Notes: generated from the letters alone by a model not told the origin. Numbered from the stretch's first letter, positions 42,375 through 52,481 are shown. The stretch is DNA of 64,000 nucleotides from Desulfatiglandales bacterium (GCA_963667015.2 CAXXJJ010000001.1:96001-160000), one strand, 5' to 3'. Translations and numbers: made by a program.

Positions 42375-42881
42375 ATGGGAAATCAGTCTTTTAAAAATCT
42401 GGCGGAGGCCTTTTCAGGTGAATCACAGGCAAACAGACGATACCTGGCGTTTGCAAAAAAGGCAGAAGAAGATGGATATCCTAATATTGCAAGGCTTTTC
42501 AGGGTTGCTGCTGAATCCGAAACCATCCATGCCATGAACCATCTGAAGGCGATGGACGGAATCAAATCTACCCTTGAAAATGCAAAAGAGGCGTACCAGG
42601 GTGAGAAGGATGAATTTACTGATATGTACCCCATGTTTATGGATCAGGCCAAAAGGGATCAGAATAATGCTGCCTTAAAAAGCTTTTTCTGGGCCAATGA
42701 GGCGGAAAAGGTCCATGGAGAATATTATGAAAAGGCCGTGAAGGCATTAGAGGGCGGCGGTGACATGGAGCTCGGGGATGTCTACGTCTGCGGCGTATGC
42801 GGTTTTACTGTTGAAGGAGCTCCGCCGGAAAAATGTCCCACATGCGGCCAGGGAAAAGAGAATTTCTCAATTGTAAAATAA
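42375..42881 (+). CDS. rbr: Rubrerythrin
   Basis: 'AFSGESQANRRY', ExxH pairs, C-terminal CxxC...CPxC. Confidence 0.93.
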   Translation: MGNQSFKNLAEAFSGESQANRRYLAFAKKAEEDGYPNIARLFRVAAESETIHAMNHLKAMDGIKSTLENAKEAYQGEKDEFTDMYPMFMDQAKRDQNNAALKSFFWANEAEKVHGEYYEKAVKALEGGGDMELGDVYVCGVCGFTVEGAPPEKCPTCGQGKENFSIVK

Positions 42882-42959
42882 TTTTACTTACAGAAACCTG
42901 CTCCGGCTTTTATGCCGGGGCGGCAAATCAATTTAAACCTAATTAACAGGTTGTATATT

Positions 42960-44015
42960 ATGGATATTTCTCCTTCAAAGGCATGCCAGTATATTGACAG
43001 ACAAAAGGAAAGGGATCGGATTGGGGTATGGGGATTCGGGAATGTATCAAGAGATGTTGTTCTGAATCTTGTAGAAGAAGGCCTTGGTAAAGAGATCGTC
43101 TTTTACGGCAGACCAAAGGAAGGATTTCCCAACAGGGCAAACGCATGGATTGAGGATCTTAAGGCAAACAGCATACACCGTCCCAGGATAAAGGGTACCA
43201 GCGATATTGATGATATGGCAGGGCTGGATGCAATATTTATAGGTGTAGGCGCCCCGAGAAAACCCGGCCAGACACGCAGTGACCTCCTGGAAATCAATAC
43301 AAACGTGATAGCAAAAACCTCTATCCAGATAAAAGAGCTTTATGATGGATGTTCTCCGGATGATCGGCCCATACTTATTTATATGGGCAATCCTGTAACA
43401 GCCATGACATGGATCGGGTACAAGGCAACCGGTTTTCCCAGGGAAAATATAATGGGACAGGCCGGCAATCTTGATTCCCGAAGGATCTGCCATGCCATCT
43501 CTCTCTTAATGAATCGGTCTGCAAAGGATATGAAGGGGATTGTCTTTGGTGAGCACGGGGATTCCATGGTTGCCAGCTCCCGTTATTTTTCGATTGGCGG
43601 GATTCCCCTTAATGATTTTATCCATGCCGAAGGGGTTGATCCGGAAGAGGTTAATGCAGCAATAGCGGAAGCCAAAAAGGGCGGAACCCACTTTGTCAAT
43701 GAAACCGGCCAGAGCGCTTCTGCAGGCCCGGCAAGGGCAGCGGTCGAGATGCTCCGATGTATAATAACCGGTGAATCCGAGACACAGCCGGTCATTTCTA
43801 TAATTGAAAAGGAATACAACCTTATTACGCCATCGGATGGTCTTGATTCAATGGCCTTCGGGGTACCTGCCAGAATAGGACCCAATGGTGTGGAAAAGAT
43901 ATATGAACTTCCTGTGGAAGATATAAGAGACCAGATTGAAAGATCCGCTGGTTTTATAAAGGAAGATATCAAGGCGGCAAAAAAGATACTGAAGGATAAA
44001 TTTCAGATTTCCTGA
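42960..44015 (+). CDS. Malate/lactate dehydrogenase family (MDH-like)
   Basis: 'GAPRKPGQTRSDL', 'LDSRR', 'GEHGDSM'. Confidence 0.85.
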   Translation: MDISPSKACQYIDRQKERDRIGVWGFGNVSRDVVLNLVEEGLGKEIVFYGRPKEGFPNRANAWIEDLKANSIHRPRIKGTSDIDDMAGLDAIFIGVGAPRKPGQTRSDLLEINTNVIAKTSIQIKELYDGCSPDDRPILIYMGNPVTAMTWIGYKATGFPRENIMGQAGNLDSRRICHAISLLMNRSAKDMKGIVFGEHGDSMVASSRYFSIGGIPLNDFIHAEGVDPEEVNAAIAEAKKGGTHFVNETGQSASAGPARAAVEMLRCIITGESETQPVISIIEKEYNLITPSDGLDSMAFGVPARIGPNGVEKIYELPVEDIRDQIERSAGFIKEDIKAAKKILKDKFQIS

Positions 44016-44491
44016 TTTGATGATTTTCTCAAAGCCCTTCTTGATTCCCTGTCCACAAGTGTAAATAGCTTATCGATCTCATTTTTTTTATGGGAAGCGA
44101 TATGCCCCTGAACCTTAATAAATTCACAGTTAAGACTGTCAGTAATTTTATAGAATTGAATATACAGGTCAGAGTTCTTTAAATGTTTGCCTTTGCCGGA
44201 TTGAAATTTCGTTCTTTCAAGCCTTTCACGTCTTTCCTTAAGCCCGATAATGTTTTGAGAGTCCGTGTAAACAATAATCTTGTCAGCCGTTTTCGTTACT
44301 TCCCCTAGAGCCCAGATTATTGTTTCAAGTTCCAGCCTGGTTGATGATGTATTCTCAAACCTCCTGACCTTTATCTGTCCGCTCAATGATTTCACTGAAG
44401 CCAGTGTGTCAGTTACAGAAAGACAGACGCCATAACCCGTTTTTGACTTTGTGTCTACACTCCCGTCAGTAAATAAAAACAGCTTATCCAT
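44003..44491 (-). CDS. RNase HI family protein
   Basis: 'FTDGS', 'RLELE', 'YTDSQ', 'KVQGH'. Confidence 0.85.
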   Translation of the reverse strand: MDKLFLFTDGSVDTKSKTGYGVCLSVTDTLASVKSLSGQIKVRRFENTSSTRLELETIIWALGEVTKTADKIIVYTDSQNIIGLKERRERLERTKFQSGKGKHLKNSDLYIQFYKITDSLNCEFIKVQGHIASHKKNEIDKLFTLVDRESRRALRKSSNQEI

Positions 44492-44906
44492 AGGTTAACT
44501 TTTCCAGATATGTCTCTATAACAACACGTGTGTAATGCTCAACCGGGAGTTTAAGCGCCTCTTCCACTGATACCCATGTATATTCCTCTGCCTCTTCGTT
44601 CAAAATAACATCACTGGAATCAGTCCTGCACAGATAATCAAAGAAGATATAATGATCCTTTTTCCAGAAGGATTTATCATAGATAAACTCCTGAAAGATG
44701 AGAAATTCAATATGAGAAATATCAAGGTTTGTTTCTTCCTTTACCTCACGCCTTAATGCCTCTTCCATGGTCTCGCCAAGTTCTATATGCCCTCCGGGGA
44801 TAACATATTGCCCATGCCACTTGTGTGATTTCATCAAGAATATTTTTTCTTCCGCATTGATTATGAGTGCACCGACCGCGGGTTCAGGGTATTTCTGACG
44901 GCTCAT
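44484..44906 (-). CDS. NUDIX hydrolase
   Basis: 'PGGHIELGETMEEALRREVKEE' Nudix box. Confidence 0.93.
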   Translation of the reverse strand: MSRQKYPEPAVGALIINAEEKIFLMKSHKWHGQYVIPGGHIELGETMEEALRREVKEETNLDISHIEFLIFQEFIYDKSFWKKDHYIFFDYLCRTDSSDVILNEEAEEYTWVSVEEALKLPVEHYTRVVIETYLEKLTYG

Positions 44907-45101
44907 AACAGATTCTCCTCTTTGATTGCCATCATCGGCATCATTGCAACCCCAATCGAAACCTTCGATTAGCACCATCGAAATATTCCGCTTGACCAAA
45001 TATTTAGATTGACTATTCTTGTTTATAAACTCTGAACTTGTCAAATATTTTAGATGAAAAGACGCTGCTGAATAACTGATCTTAAAAGGAGAGAGATAAC
45101 A

Positions 45102-45554
45102 ATGACAAAATCTGAACTTGCAAAAAAACGTTTTAAAGAAGGATATCACTGCTCCCAGGCCGTACTGGAGGCATTTTCAGGAGAATATGGACTGGACCCC
45201 GTTCTTGCACGCAAAATCGCCACTCCCCTTGCAGGCGGGTCCGGACAGGGTGGAGAATGCGGGGCTGTCGCCGGAGCACTTATTGCCCTGGGGATGGAAT
45301 ATGGTATGGCAGATCCAGGAGACCATGAGGCCTTCAATAATACCTTTAAAAAGGTCGGTATTTTTATTGAACGATTCAGGGAGATCCATGGCAATATCAA
45401 CTGTAACCAGCTTATCGGGATTGACATCTTCAGCGAAGAAGGGCTGAGAGAATTCAGAGAAAAAAACATCAAACTGACGCAGTGTATACAATATGTTGAA
45501 GATGCAGTCGAAATAGTGGAAGAAATAATATGCCAGGACAGGATGGCAGAATGA
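45102..45554 (+). CDS. C-GCAxxG-C-C family redox protein
   Basis: 'HCSQAV', 'CGAVAG', two further Cys. Confidence 0.9.
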   Translation: MTKSELAKKRFKEGYHCSQAVLEAFSGEYGLDPVLARKIATPLAGGSGQGGECGAVAGALIALGMEYGMADPGDHEAFNNTFKKVGIFIERFREIHGNINCNQLIGIDIFSEEGLREFREKNIKLTQCIQYVEDAVEIVEEIICQDRMAE

Positions 45555-45678
45555 CCTTAACGGCGAAGGCGAGGAGAAATTAAACAACTTCCTGATATGA
45601 GAAAAGGTTGAAATTCCCTTTCCCTTGTATTACATATTTTGATCGGACTTTATCAGTTAAAAAGAAAGAGGGGGAAAA

Positions 45679-47067
45679 ATGGCACCCGCAAAAGGTCTTA
45701 GAATAGAAAAAATTGGCGGAACCTCTATGTCGAGGTTTCCCGAGATAATAAAAAATATTATTTTATATGATATGGATGATATCTATAACCGGGTTTATGT
45801 TGTATCCGCATACGATGGTATAACCAATATGCTGCTGGAACATAAAAAGACCCGTATACCCGGGATATATCAAAAGTTCAGGGATCATGAAAAATACAAT
45901 TCCGCATTAGATGAGTTAAAAAATCATTTATTCAGGATTAATGAAGGCCTTGTTGAGGCAGGACTGAACCTTGATGAAGCAAACCTGTTTATCTCCGAGC
46001 GAATTGATGCGTCAGTCAGGCTGCTCAAAAGTATGGATACCGTGCTGGCTTCAGGGTATGTCAACAGGCTCGAGGTACTTCTTGCGGCACGAGAGCTGCT
46101 GGCATCCCTGGGAGAGATGCACAGCGCCTACAATTCCGCCAGCATCCTGAAAAACCTCGGCTATGACACAACATTTGTCGATCTGAGCGGATGGCAGGAT
46201 GACAGGGAGCTGACAATTGATGAGCGGATAAAAGAGGCCTTTTCCACCCTGGATCCATCAAAGAGTATCTGCTTTGCTACAGGGTACACAAAGGGCATTG
46301 AAGGCATTATGCGTGAATTTGACAGGGGGTATTCTGAAGTGACCTTCTCTAAAATTGCCGTAATACTCCATGCGGAAGAGGCGATCATTCATAAAGAATA
46401 CCATCTGAGTTCCGGAGACCCCAAAGTTATAGGGGCAGAAAAAATTCATCCAGTATGCAATACCAATTTTGATGTAGCTGACCAGCTTGCTGATGTCGGA
46501 ATGGAGGCAATCCATCCCAAGGCATCAAAACCCCTCGAGAACATGAATATCCCCATACGTATAAAAAATGCCTTTCAGCCCGAACATGACGGGACATTAA
46601 TTACAAACAGCTATATTGGCCTTGAATCAAAGATTGAGATTATTGCCGGTTCGGACAGCGTATCCTGTCTGGAGGTGCATGAAACCCAGATGGTTGGAGA
46701 GGTTGGTTTTGACCTTAAAATCATGCAGGTTCTCAAGAGTCATAACGTATCCTATATCAGTAAAATGACAAATGCCAATACCATTGACATCATTATCAAT
46801 GACAGTGACTGCACCGAAGCACTCATAAAAGATCTTGCAGAAAAATTCCAGGTGGTAACATCTTTTAAGGCCGCTATTGTATGCGCCATCGGGTCCAATA
46901 TTGCCAAACCGGGTATTATAGCCGCAGCAACAAAGGCCCTGGCAGACGAGAAGATTAATGTAATGGCAATCTCTCAGACCAGCAGACAGACAAATATGCA
47001 GTTTATCCTAGAAAGGGCGGATTTTAACAGGGCCCAGAGGGCACTGCATCGCGCTGTATGTGAATAA
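45679..47067 (+). CDS. Aspartate kinase (Ask_Ect-like subtype)
   Basis: 'EKIGGTSMS', 'FDRGYSEVTFS', 'GMEAIHP'; ACT C-terminus. Confidence 0.9.
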   Translation: MAPAKGLRIEKIGGTSMSRFPEIIKNIILYDMDDIYNRVYVVSAYDGITNMLLEHKKTRIPGIYQKFRDHEKYNSALDELKNHLFRINEGLVEAGLNLDEANLFISERIDASVRLLKSMDTVLASGYVNRLEVLLAARELLASLGEMHSAYNSASILKNLGYDTTFVDLSGWQDDRELTIDERIKEAFSTLDPSKSICFATGYTKGIEGIMREFDRGYSEVTFSKIAVILHAEEAIIHKEYHLSSGDPKVIGAEKIHPVCNTNFDVADQLADVGMEAIHPKASKPLENMNIPIRIKNAFQPEHDGTLITNSYIGLESKIEIIAGSDSVSCLEVHETQMVGEVGFDLKIMQVLKSHNVSYISKMTNANTIDIIINDSDCTEALIKDLAEKFQVVTSFKAAIVCAIGSNIAKPGIIAAATKALADEKINVMAISQTSRQTNMQFILERADFNRAQRALHRAVCE

Positions 47068-47087
47068 CCTCTTATCAGGGGAGAAAA

Positions 47088-47546
47088 ATGACGCTTTTTC
47101 TTGTTCAGCACGGTAAAAATCTGCCAAAGGAACAGGACCCTGAAAAAGGTCTTTCCCCTGAAGGGAAAAAAGCCGTTGAACAGATCGCTGGGGAGTTAAA
47201 AAGTTATGGGGTGACCGTTAACGAAATATGGCACAGCGGGTTGAAACGGGCCAGAGAGACTGCTGAAATTTTTGGTGCATATATTGGAAAGAGAATAGAA
47301 CCCATCAGTAAGAACGGTCTTGCACCCCTTGATGATGTTACCATGTTTGACCCTGAGCCCGAAGAAAACATCATGATTGTTGGCCATCTCCCATTTATGG
47401 AAAAATTTGTATCTTACCTGATAACCGGTTCACCGGAACATTCACCTGTTGTTAAATTTCAGAATGGCGGAATAGTCGCACTTGATAAAAATAATGAAAC
47501 AGCTTCATGGTTTATTAAATGGACATTGTTTCCAAATATTTATTAA
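47088..47546 (+). CDS. sixA: Phosphohistidine phosphatase SixA
   Basis: 'LVQHG', 'RARETAEI', 'VGHLPF'. Confidence 0.88.
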   Translation: MTLFLVQHGKNLPKEQDPEKGLSPEGKKAVEQIAGELKSYGVTVNEIWHSGLKRARETAEIFGAYIGKRIEPISKNGLAPLDDVTMFDPEPEENIMIVGHLPFMEKFVSYLITGSPEHSPVVKFQNGGIVALDKNNETASWFIKWTLFPNIY

Positions 47547-47548
47547 AA

Positions 47549-48241
47549 TCAATGCGCCGATAAACACCATGCCTTTGTGATAGCAGCCTCTTTTTCAACC
47601 TGTTCTTTAGATCTAAAATCATCCTTGCCGCATACATTATAATGCAGCATATCCTTTACCTCCCTCACCTCTTTGGAAACCGGCGGCACAGCAGGATAAC
47701 CAAGCACCATCAGGTCATATATCTTTAAATCATCAGGAATGCCGATCACATTTCGTATTTCCTTTTCAACAGCGGAACTTCCGGCTGCCGAATACCACTG
47801 GGACGATAGACCAAGGGATGCCGTCGCAAGATGCATTAAAAGAAATGTGCTCGCCATACTGGAACTGAATATTTTGTCCACAATGGGATTTTCTTTTTCA
47901 ACGTTCATGGGCAGGCCCACGTATGCCCTGTAGTCACATAAAGCGAAAATAAAGGCTGGGGCATCACGAAAACTTGCATTTGAAGTATCATCATGATCAT
48001 CAGGGTTTTTGATCGGTGGGCTTTTTTTATCAAGCAAAGATACAATCTTTTTTCTTACAACCCTGTCAGTAATTGCAACAAACTCCCACGGCTGGGTATG
48101 AAAACCTGAAGGAGCCCACCTAGCAACCTCGATTATCTTTTCGATGTATCCTTCAGGGATGGGATCGGATTTAAATTTTCGGTTATTTCGCCTTTTTTGG
48201 GCAACTTCAAGCAGGTTGTCGTACAGGGCTGAGTCAGGCAT
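47549..48241 (-). CDS. Nitroreductase family protein
   Basis: 'KRRNNRKF', 'WAPSGFHTQPWEF', 'LGYP'. Confidence 0.92.
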   Translation of the reverse strand: MPDSALYDNLLEVAQKRRNNRKFKSDPIPEGYIEKIIEVARWAPSGFHTQPWEFVAITDRVVRKKIVSLLDKKSPPIKNPDDHDDTSNASFRDAPAFIFALCDYRAYVGLPMNVEKENPIVDKIFSSSMASTFLLMHLATASLGLSSQWYSAAGSSAVEKEIRNVIGIPDDLKIYDLMVLGYPAVPPVSKEVREVKDMLHYNVCGKDDFRSKEQVEKEAAITKAWCLSAH

Positions 48242-48340
48242 ACGGAGTCTCCTTTTTAAAGGTTCTGTTTTTTGATGAGGAATAAGATAAATATGCATGT
48301 TATTATTCGGAAAGTCAAAATAATGCATACTTTTATCAAC

Positions 48341-48369
48341 GAGACTGCTGCGATAGCAGTCCCGTTTTT
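48341..48369. terminator. Intrinsic terminator-like hairpin
   Basis: GAGACTGCT-GCGAT-AGCAGTCCC followed by GTTTTT. Confidence 0.5.
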
Positions 48370-48600
48370 AAAGCCTTTGGCGACTTCTTAAACCTGCAGA
48401 TTACTTTTGCCAGAATCTTCCGTTAAGTGTTCTGATTATTTTTATTCTGCCCTTTTCATCTATTCCAACTTCTTCACTCACGCTTGATTTTTCTTCATGT
48501 TTTAGATTTCTGGAAAACATCCTGCTTGTTATGTTGATATCATATGTCACCATAACCATATTAATTGATTAGCGGTCCGTCTCGCTCCTTAATATATCAA

Positions 48601-48967
48601 CGTGCCTTTTGGCTCGTAGGTAAGGTTCTGCCCCTCCCCGATCCTGTAACTAACTGGTGATGCAGTTTATCAACCATTAGTTTTGACTAGGACGGTATGA
48701 GGGCACGGTATTATTTCTAGGTCGCATTCATATTTATATGTTTGCAGCGGTCTGTAACCCTTGGGCCGCAGGAACATCATTTACGCTCCGACGAGGTAAC
48801 TCAGACCCATTCTCGCGCAAATGATATTCCTGCTGATCAGTAGCAAGGCTGGACAACCTTTGGATTATAAGACTGTTGAACCTCAATGATGCCTCATCCA
48901 CTGGGTAACTATAGCCAATTTTATCCTGCTTAAAGGAATCCCATTGCTCCGAGTTTAGCTCGGCACG
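48601..48967 (+). ncRNA. Candidate large structured non-coding RNA, family not recognised
   Basis: No ORF of 60 aa or more; 5'/3' closing stem plus at least 6 nested helices; G-U pairs favour the plus strand. Confidence 0.55.
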
Positions 48968-49571
48968 ATGAACTGCATGGTTAGAAAATCATTGTGGTGT
49001 AGGATTCCGGTTTAAAGTGCCAAGTAATTTCTGATTAAAATGTGTCAAAATTTATAAAATGGCTTTTTTAAAAATATATCTTTTGCTGAATCCTTTTAAA
49101 AAAGTAATAAAAACAAATTAAATTGAAAAAGACTCTCTAGAAGGAGTGTGTACTTGCTAATTAATTTAGTCCATATTTTCACAAAAATGGTTCAAGATTC
49201 GCACAATAAATATTACATGTAAAATCATTCATCGTGTAATATTTATTACGGTATACGCCTAAAATGCGGCCCCATCTAAGACTTTAAAATATAGAAAGGT
49301 TCCTCGGATAAAGTTATCTTATTAAATTTCAAATAACAATACATTGTGAAATAGATAATATTATTTGAAAGCATTTTATCCTGGCAACAGCTTCAAAAGC
49401 ATGTTGACTAAAACCTATTGCTAATTACTTTGACTATAAAACAACTCCTAAGATATTAAAAACAATTGAATCCTTTAAGAATACATTGTTATTTTATTTT
49501 GATAGATTACTGATACTGTATATTTTAATTTGCTGAATTTGGCTGTTTTTCAGTTCATATAAAATGAAATT

Positions 49572-49769
49572 TTACAGTGGGGATCTTTCTAATGAGCATC
49601 CATCCCAAGAATGATTTGGATCTGGCATGAATGTCACTCCAAGTCCAGCACCAGCCCTTACTGTTATCAACCATCCACCAGGGACTTTACAACGAGATGC
49701 GTAGAAGCCCTGATCACTACTAAGTTTTTCCCATTTAAGCTTAGATTTTTTGCTGCTAAACAACCCCAT
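49572..49769 (-). CDS. Small hypothetical cassette protein (distal end of array)
   Basis: AGGAG RBS; follows decayed attC 49790-49914. Confidence 0.65.
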   Translation of the reverse strand: MGLFSSKKSKLKWEKLSSDQGFYASRCKVPGGWLITVRAGAGLGVTFMPDPNHSWDGCSLERSPL

Positions 49770-49789
49770 TGTTATCTCCTCTTAAATAT

Positions 49790-49914
49790 TTCTAAAAGCA
49801 TTACAGGCCGCGGTGCACACCAACTTACCTTGCTAAATACTCGAAGGTTGATAGTTGTAGAGAGTAAAAAAAGCGTGAAAAATAGCCCGGTCGTAATAGA
49901 TGCGATTGTTAAAT
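49790..49914 (-). repeat. attC site (R' mutated GTT to TTT)
   Basis: ATTTAAC...TTTAGAA on minus; overlaps the stop of the 49909 ORF. Confidence 0.65.
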
Positions 49915-50259
49915 TTTATCATTTTGCACTAGTTCTCTTACCTTTGGTTTGAGAAGTATTTGTTTTTGTCTACCAACTACTGATGCCCAAAGAACTCCTA
50001 TAATAGGGCTAGCTAGAAATAGCCAATTTGTCTTTAATTCAAATAATGATGATATTAAGCATAGGATAAAAAAACCAATTGTAACAATCAAAACTAAAAC
50101 TAAAAGTGGTATTGGTGTTCTCCAAAAGAGAGATGAATTCTCTTTATCAAATATTTCATGTCTGGCTTTTTCTATGATTTTAAGTTGGACATTATATGGA
50201 AAACCTTTTAATTCAGGGTAGGCTTTTTCAATATTATTTTTCCACATTGACCTGAACAT
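49909..50259 (-). CDS. Two-TM cassette protein, paralog of 57419-57739
   Basis: 'IEKAYPELKG' and 'LKPKVRELVQNDKI'; AAGGAG RBS. Confidence 0.75.
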   Translation of the reverse strand: MFRSMWKNNIEKAYPELKGFPYNVQLKIIEKARHEIFDKENSSLFWRTPIPLLVLVLIVTIGFFILCLISSLFELKTNWLFLASPIIGVLWASVVGRQKQILLKPKVRELVQNDKI

Positions 50260-50617
50260 GACCTCTCCTTGAAAATTTAACGGTGAAGTTATACTAAATC
50301 TCCGTTTAGCTCATTAATGTATTTTGCTCATTTCTACTTATTTTTATCTTCGATATCTTATCAATTTACAACTATTTTTTACCCCTATTCATTACTTATA
50401 AGCCAATGAGCTATTAGGAGACTTGATGAACCCTTTATAGTGGCATTCTCTGAATTTGTTAGAGATAAATGGTTCCCCCATGGAGTTCCTGCAAATGTTG
50501 AGCTACACAATAGGGCAAATAATAAAATTGTATATCTTAGTTTTTTCATATCTTGTAACATATTGTTTAACCGGCAAGGCGGAACGCCTTGTCGGCGTTG
50601 AAACTTTTAGGGATTGT

Positions 50618-51280
50618 TTAAAAAAAGTATTCTAATGATACACCAAACACATCTGGTTCAATCCCTGCCTCAAGGCTCGGTGACACAATAGTATCTGAAG
50701 CGTCAATATTGTAATGTTCCCATTGAATACGGATTTTGAGATGATCTGACATCTTATATCTTAATCCTATGCCATAGAGAATATCTCCCTCTGAATTTGA
50801 AGAGGAATAGGATAACATATTTGTCCCTGGGCCAGTACTGCCAAGATACACATCACTGTCTACGTCAAGGTAAGAAAAACCAATTGTTCCAAATACGCTA
50901 AATTTTTCACTTATTGGATACACAAGTAAAGAGGAAATAGTAAAGCCATTGCTTTCAATAGAAATTGTGTCATTAGGGGCGACAATAGAGGTAATGTCCG
51001 GGTTAAGGCTGTATTTTTTACTTACCCGCCCAAAGTCAGCATATCCCACTTCAAACGAAAGATATTTATTTAATTGATACCCAAAGTAAATGTTGTAATA
51101 TCCAGTGTCATCATCAAGTTTCTGCCCTGACAGGAAAATTACATCATTTATTACATCTCCATTAAATTGAGCTGAACCTCCACCAATTCCGAAATATATC
51201 GATGAGTCTTTTGCTTCAGCATTTGTAATTATCAGAGATACGAGCAAAATTATAAAAACACCAAATAATATTCTTTTCAT
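50618..51280 (-). CDS. OmpA-like outer-membrane beta-barrel protein
   Basis: Signal peptide, 'GYQLNKYLSFEVGY', C-terminal 'YFF'. Confidence 0.85.
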   Translation of the reverse strand: MKRILFGVFIILLVSLIITNAEAKDSSIYFGIGGGSAQFNGDVINDVIFLSGQKLDDDTGYYNIYFGYQLNKYLSFEVGYADFGRVSKKYSLNPDITSIVAPNDTISIESNGFTISSLLVYPISEKFSVFGTIGFSYLDVDSDVYLGSTGPGTNMLSYSSSNSEGDILYGIGLRYKMSDHLKIRIQWEHYNIDASDTIVSPSLEAGIEPDVFGVSLEYFF

Positions 51281-51311
51281 AATTTACCTCCATTTCTTTG
51301 TTGTTGACTCA

Positions 51312-51359
51312 ACCGGGATAGGAGCAGCCTCTCGACTACCCTCCTCCAACACCACCGTG
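51312..51359 (-). mobile_element. Group II intron 3'-end remnant (part of DV plus DVI)
   Basis: Minus strand CACGGTGGTGTTGGAGGAGGGTAGTC-GAGA-GGCTGCTCCT-A-TCCCGGT: GNRA-capped stem with bulged A. Confidence 0.7.
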
Positions 51360-51716
51360 TAATAATGCAATTAGTAATGCAATCAGGAACAATCCTATAG
51401 CATTCCGGGGAATATACAATCTTTCCAGTGTACTAATACTTCGGTAGGTCTCAGCTCTACCCATCTATATCCAAACGATGCCCGTCCAAAAGATATCCGA
51501 ATTGTACGTATGAGCGCCCACAATGAGAAAAAAGCAAATCCAAGTGCAAAAATTTAAAAAACAAAAACTGTAGCAAGTTGTATGGATTTATTGTGCCTAA
51601 AAAGCGCTTTAACTCCGAATCCTGCACCTGAAAACATGACAAATGAAGTGCACACTAAAAAGCAATATACAAAAATCTCTGTTATTTTAGTTTTTCTTGT
51701 GAATCTCATTGGAATA

Positions 51717-51795
51717 ACCGAACCCCCTGGCTAACCGGCTTGTCGAAAACGCGCGAGCGTTTTTGGCAAGTCCGCCGTTGAGTCAGATGTTTTTC
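51717..51795 (-). repeat. attC site (partly decayed)
   Basis: Inner stem CTTGTCGAAAACGC/GCGTTTTTGGCAAG; R'' does not complement its R'. Confidence 0.65.
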
Positions 51796-51852
51796 TAATG
51801 TTTTTTAGAATGTATAACGTGGCAAGCCACAATTAAAAGTAAAATAATAACC

Positions 51853-52212
51853 CTATAGATAATAAAAGGATGCTTCCAATAAAAAATAAAAAGATATAGA
51901 TACTTCTTTTCTTTCTGAAGCGCTTTCATCTCTATACTTTTCACGTATACCATCTATAAAGCCTTTTTTTGATATTAATTTTTTATACAACATTGCAAAA
52001 GCAAAAAAGGCAATCAAGAGAGATATTTCGGGTACTTTATTAGTAAAGTCTAATGGAGGAAAAAATTTAATTAATATGAATGAAATCCCTAGTAGCTGGG
52101 CAAAATGAACAATTGTCATGGAATATGAAACGGTAGTTAATGCCCCTTTAGAATCTTCATTCTTTGTAAATAAATTATATAAGCGATAGATTGTGTATTT
52201 ATAAAATATCAT
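51853..52212 (-). CDS. Membrane cassette protein, possibly 3' frameshifted
   Basis: GGAGG RBS; TM segments; hydrophobic continuation in another frame. Confidence 0.55.
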   Translation of the reverse strand: MIFYKYTIYRLYNLFTKNEDSKGALTTVSYSMTIVHFAQLLGISFILIKFFPPLDFTNKVPEISLLIAFFAFAMLYKKLISKKGFIDGIREKYRDESASERKEVSISFYFLLEASFYYL

Positions 52213-52237
52213 AGTAACTACCTCCTATAATTTAAAA

Positions 52238-52304
52238 ACACAACGCCTGGCTTCACAGGAAGCCTGCATATCATCAGGCTTTCCGGTGGAAGCAGTTGCT
52301 ATCG
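52238..52304 (-). repeat. attC site (R'' AAC mutated to AGC)
   Basis: GGAAGCCTG/CAGGCTTTCC stem; ACACAAC...GCTATCG on plus. Confidence 0.8.
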
Positions 52305-52481
52305 AAACGGTATTTTGTCATTCTACATTTAAATACTTATTTAGATAAAAAGAAAAATTTGCACAGGCTATTAATAGCGTAAATTTGTCAATGGAGAATA
52401 AAAGAAGAGTATTGCAGCCTAATTCTTCTACACACCGTTTGACAATATCTCATATTCTCAATAGTAAAACCCATTATAAAA

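Noticed and set aside
48401..48559. 52-aa minus-strand ORF next to the candidate RNA
   Set aside because: The nearest AAGGAG is about 26 nt upstream and no motif is recognisable.
48601..48967. tmRNA, RNase P, group II intron or retron identity for the structured region
   Set aside because: No tRNA-like ends, no GAGGAAAGTCC, no GUGYG/DV, and no reverse transcriptase in the window.
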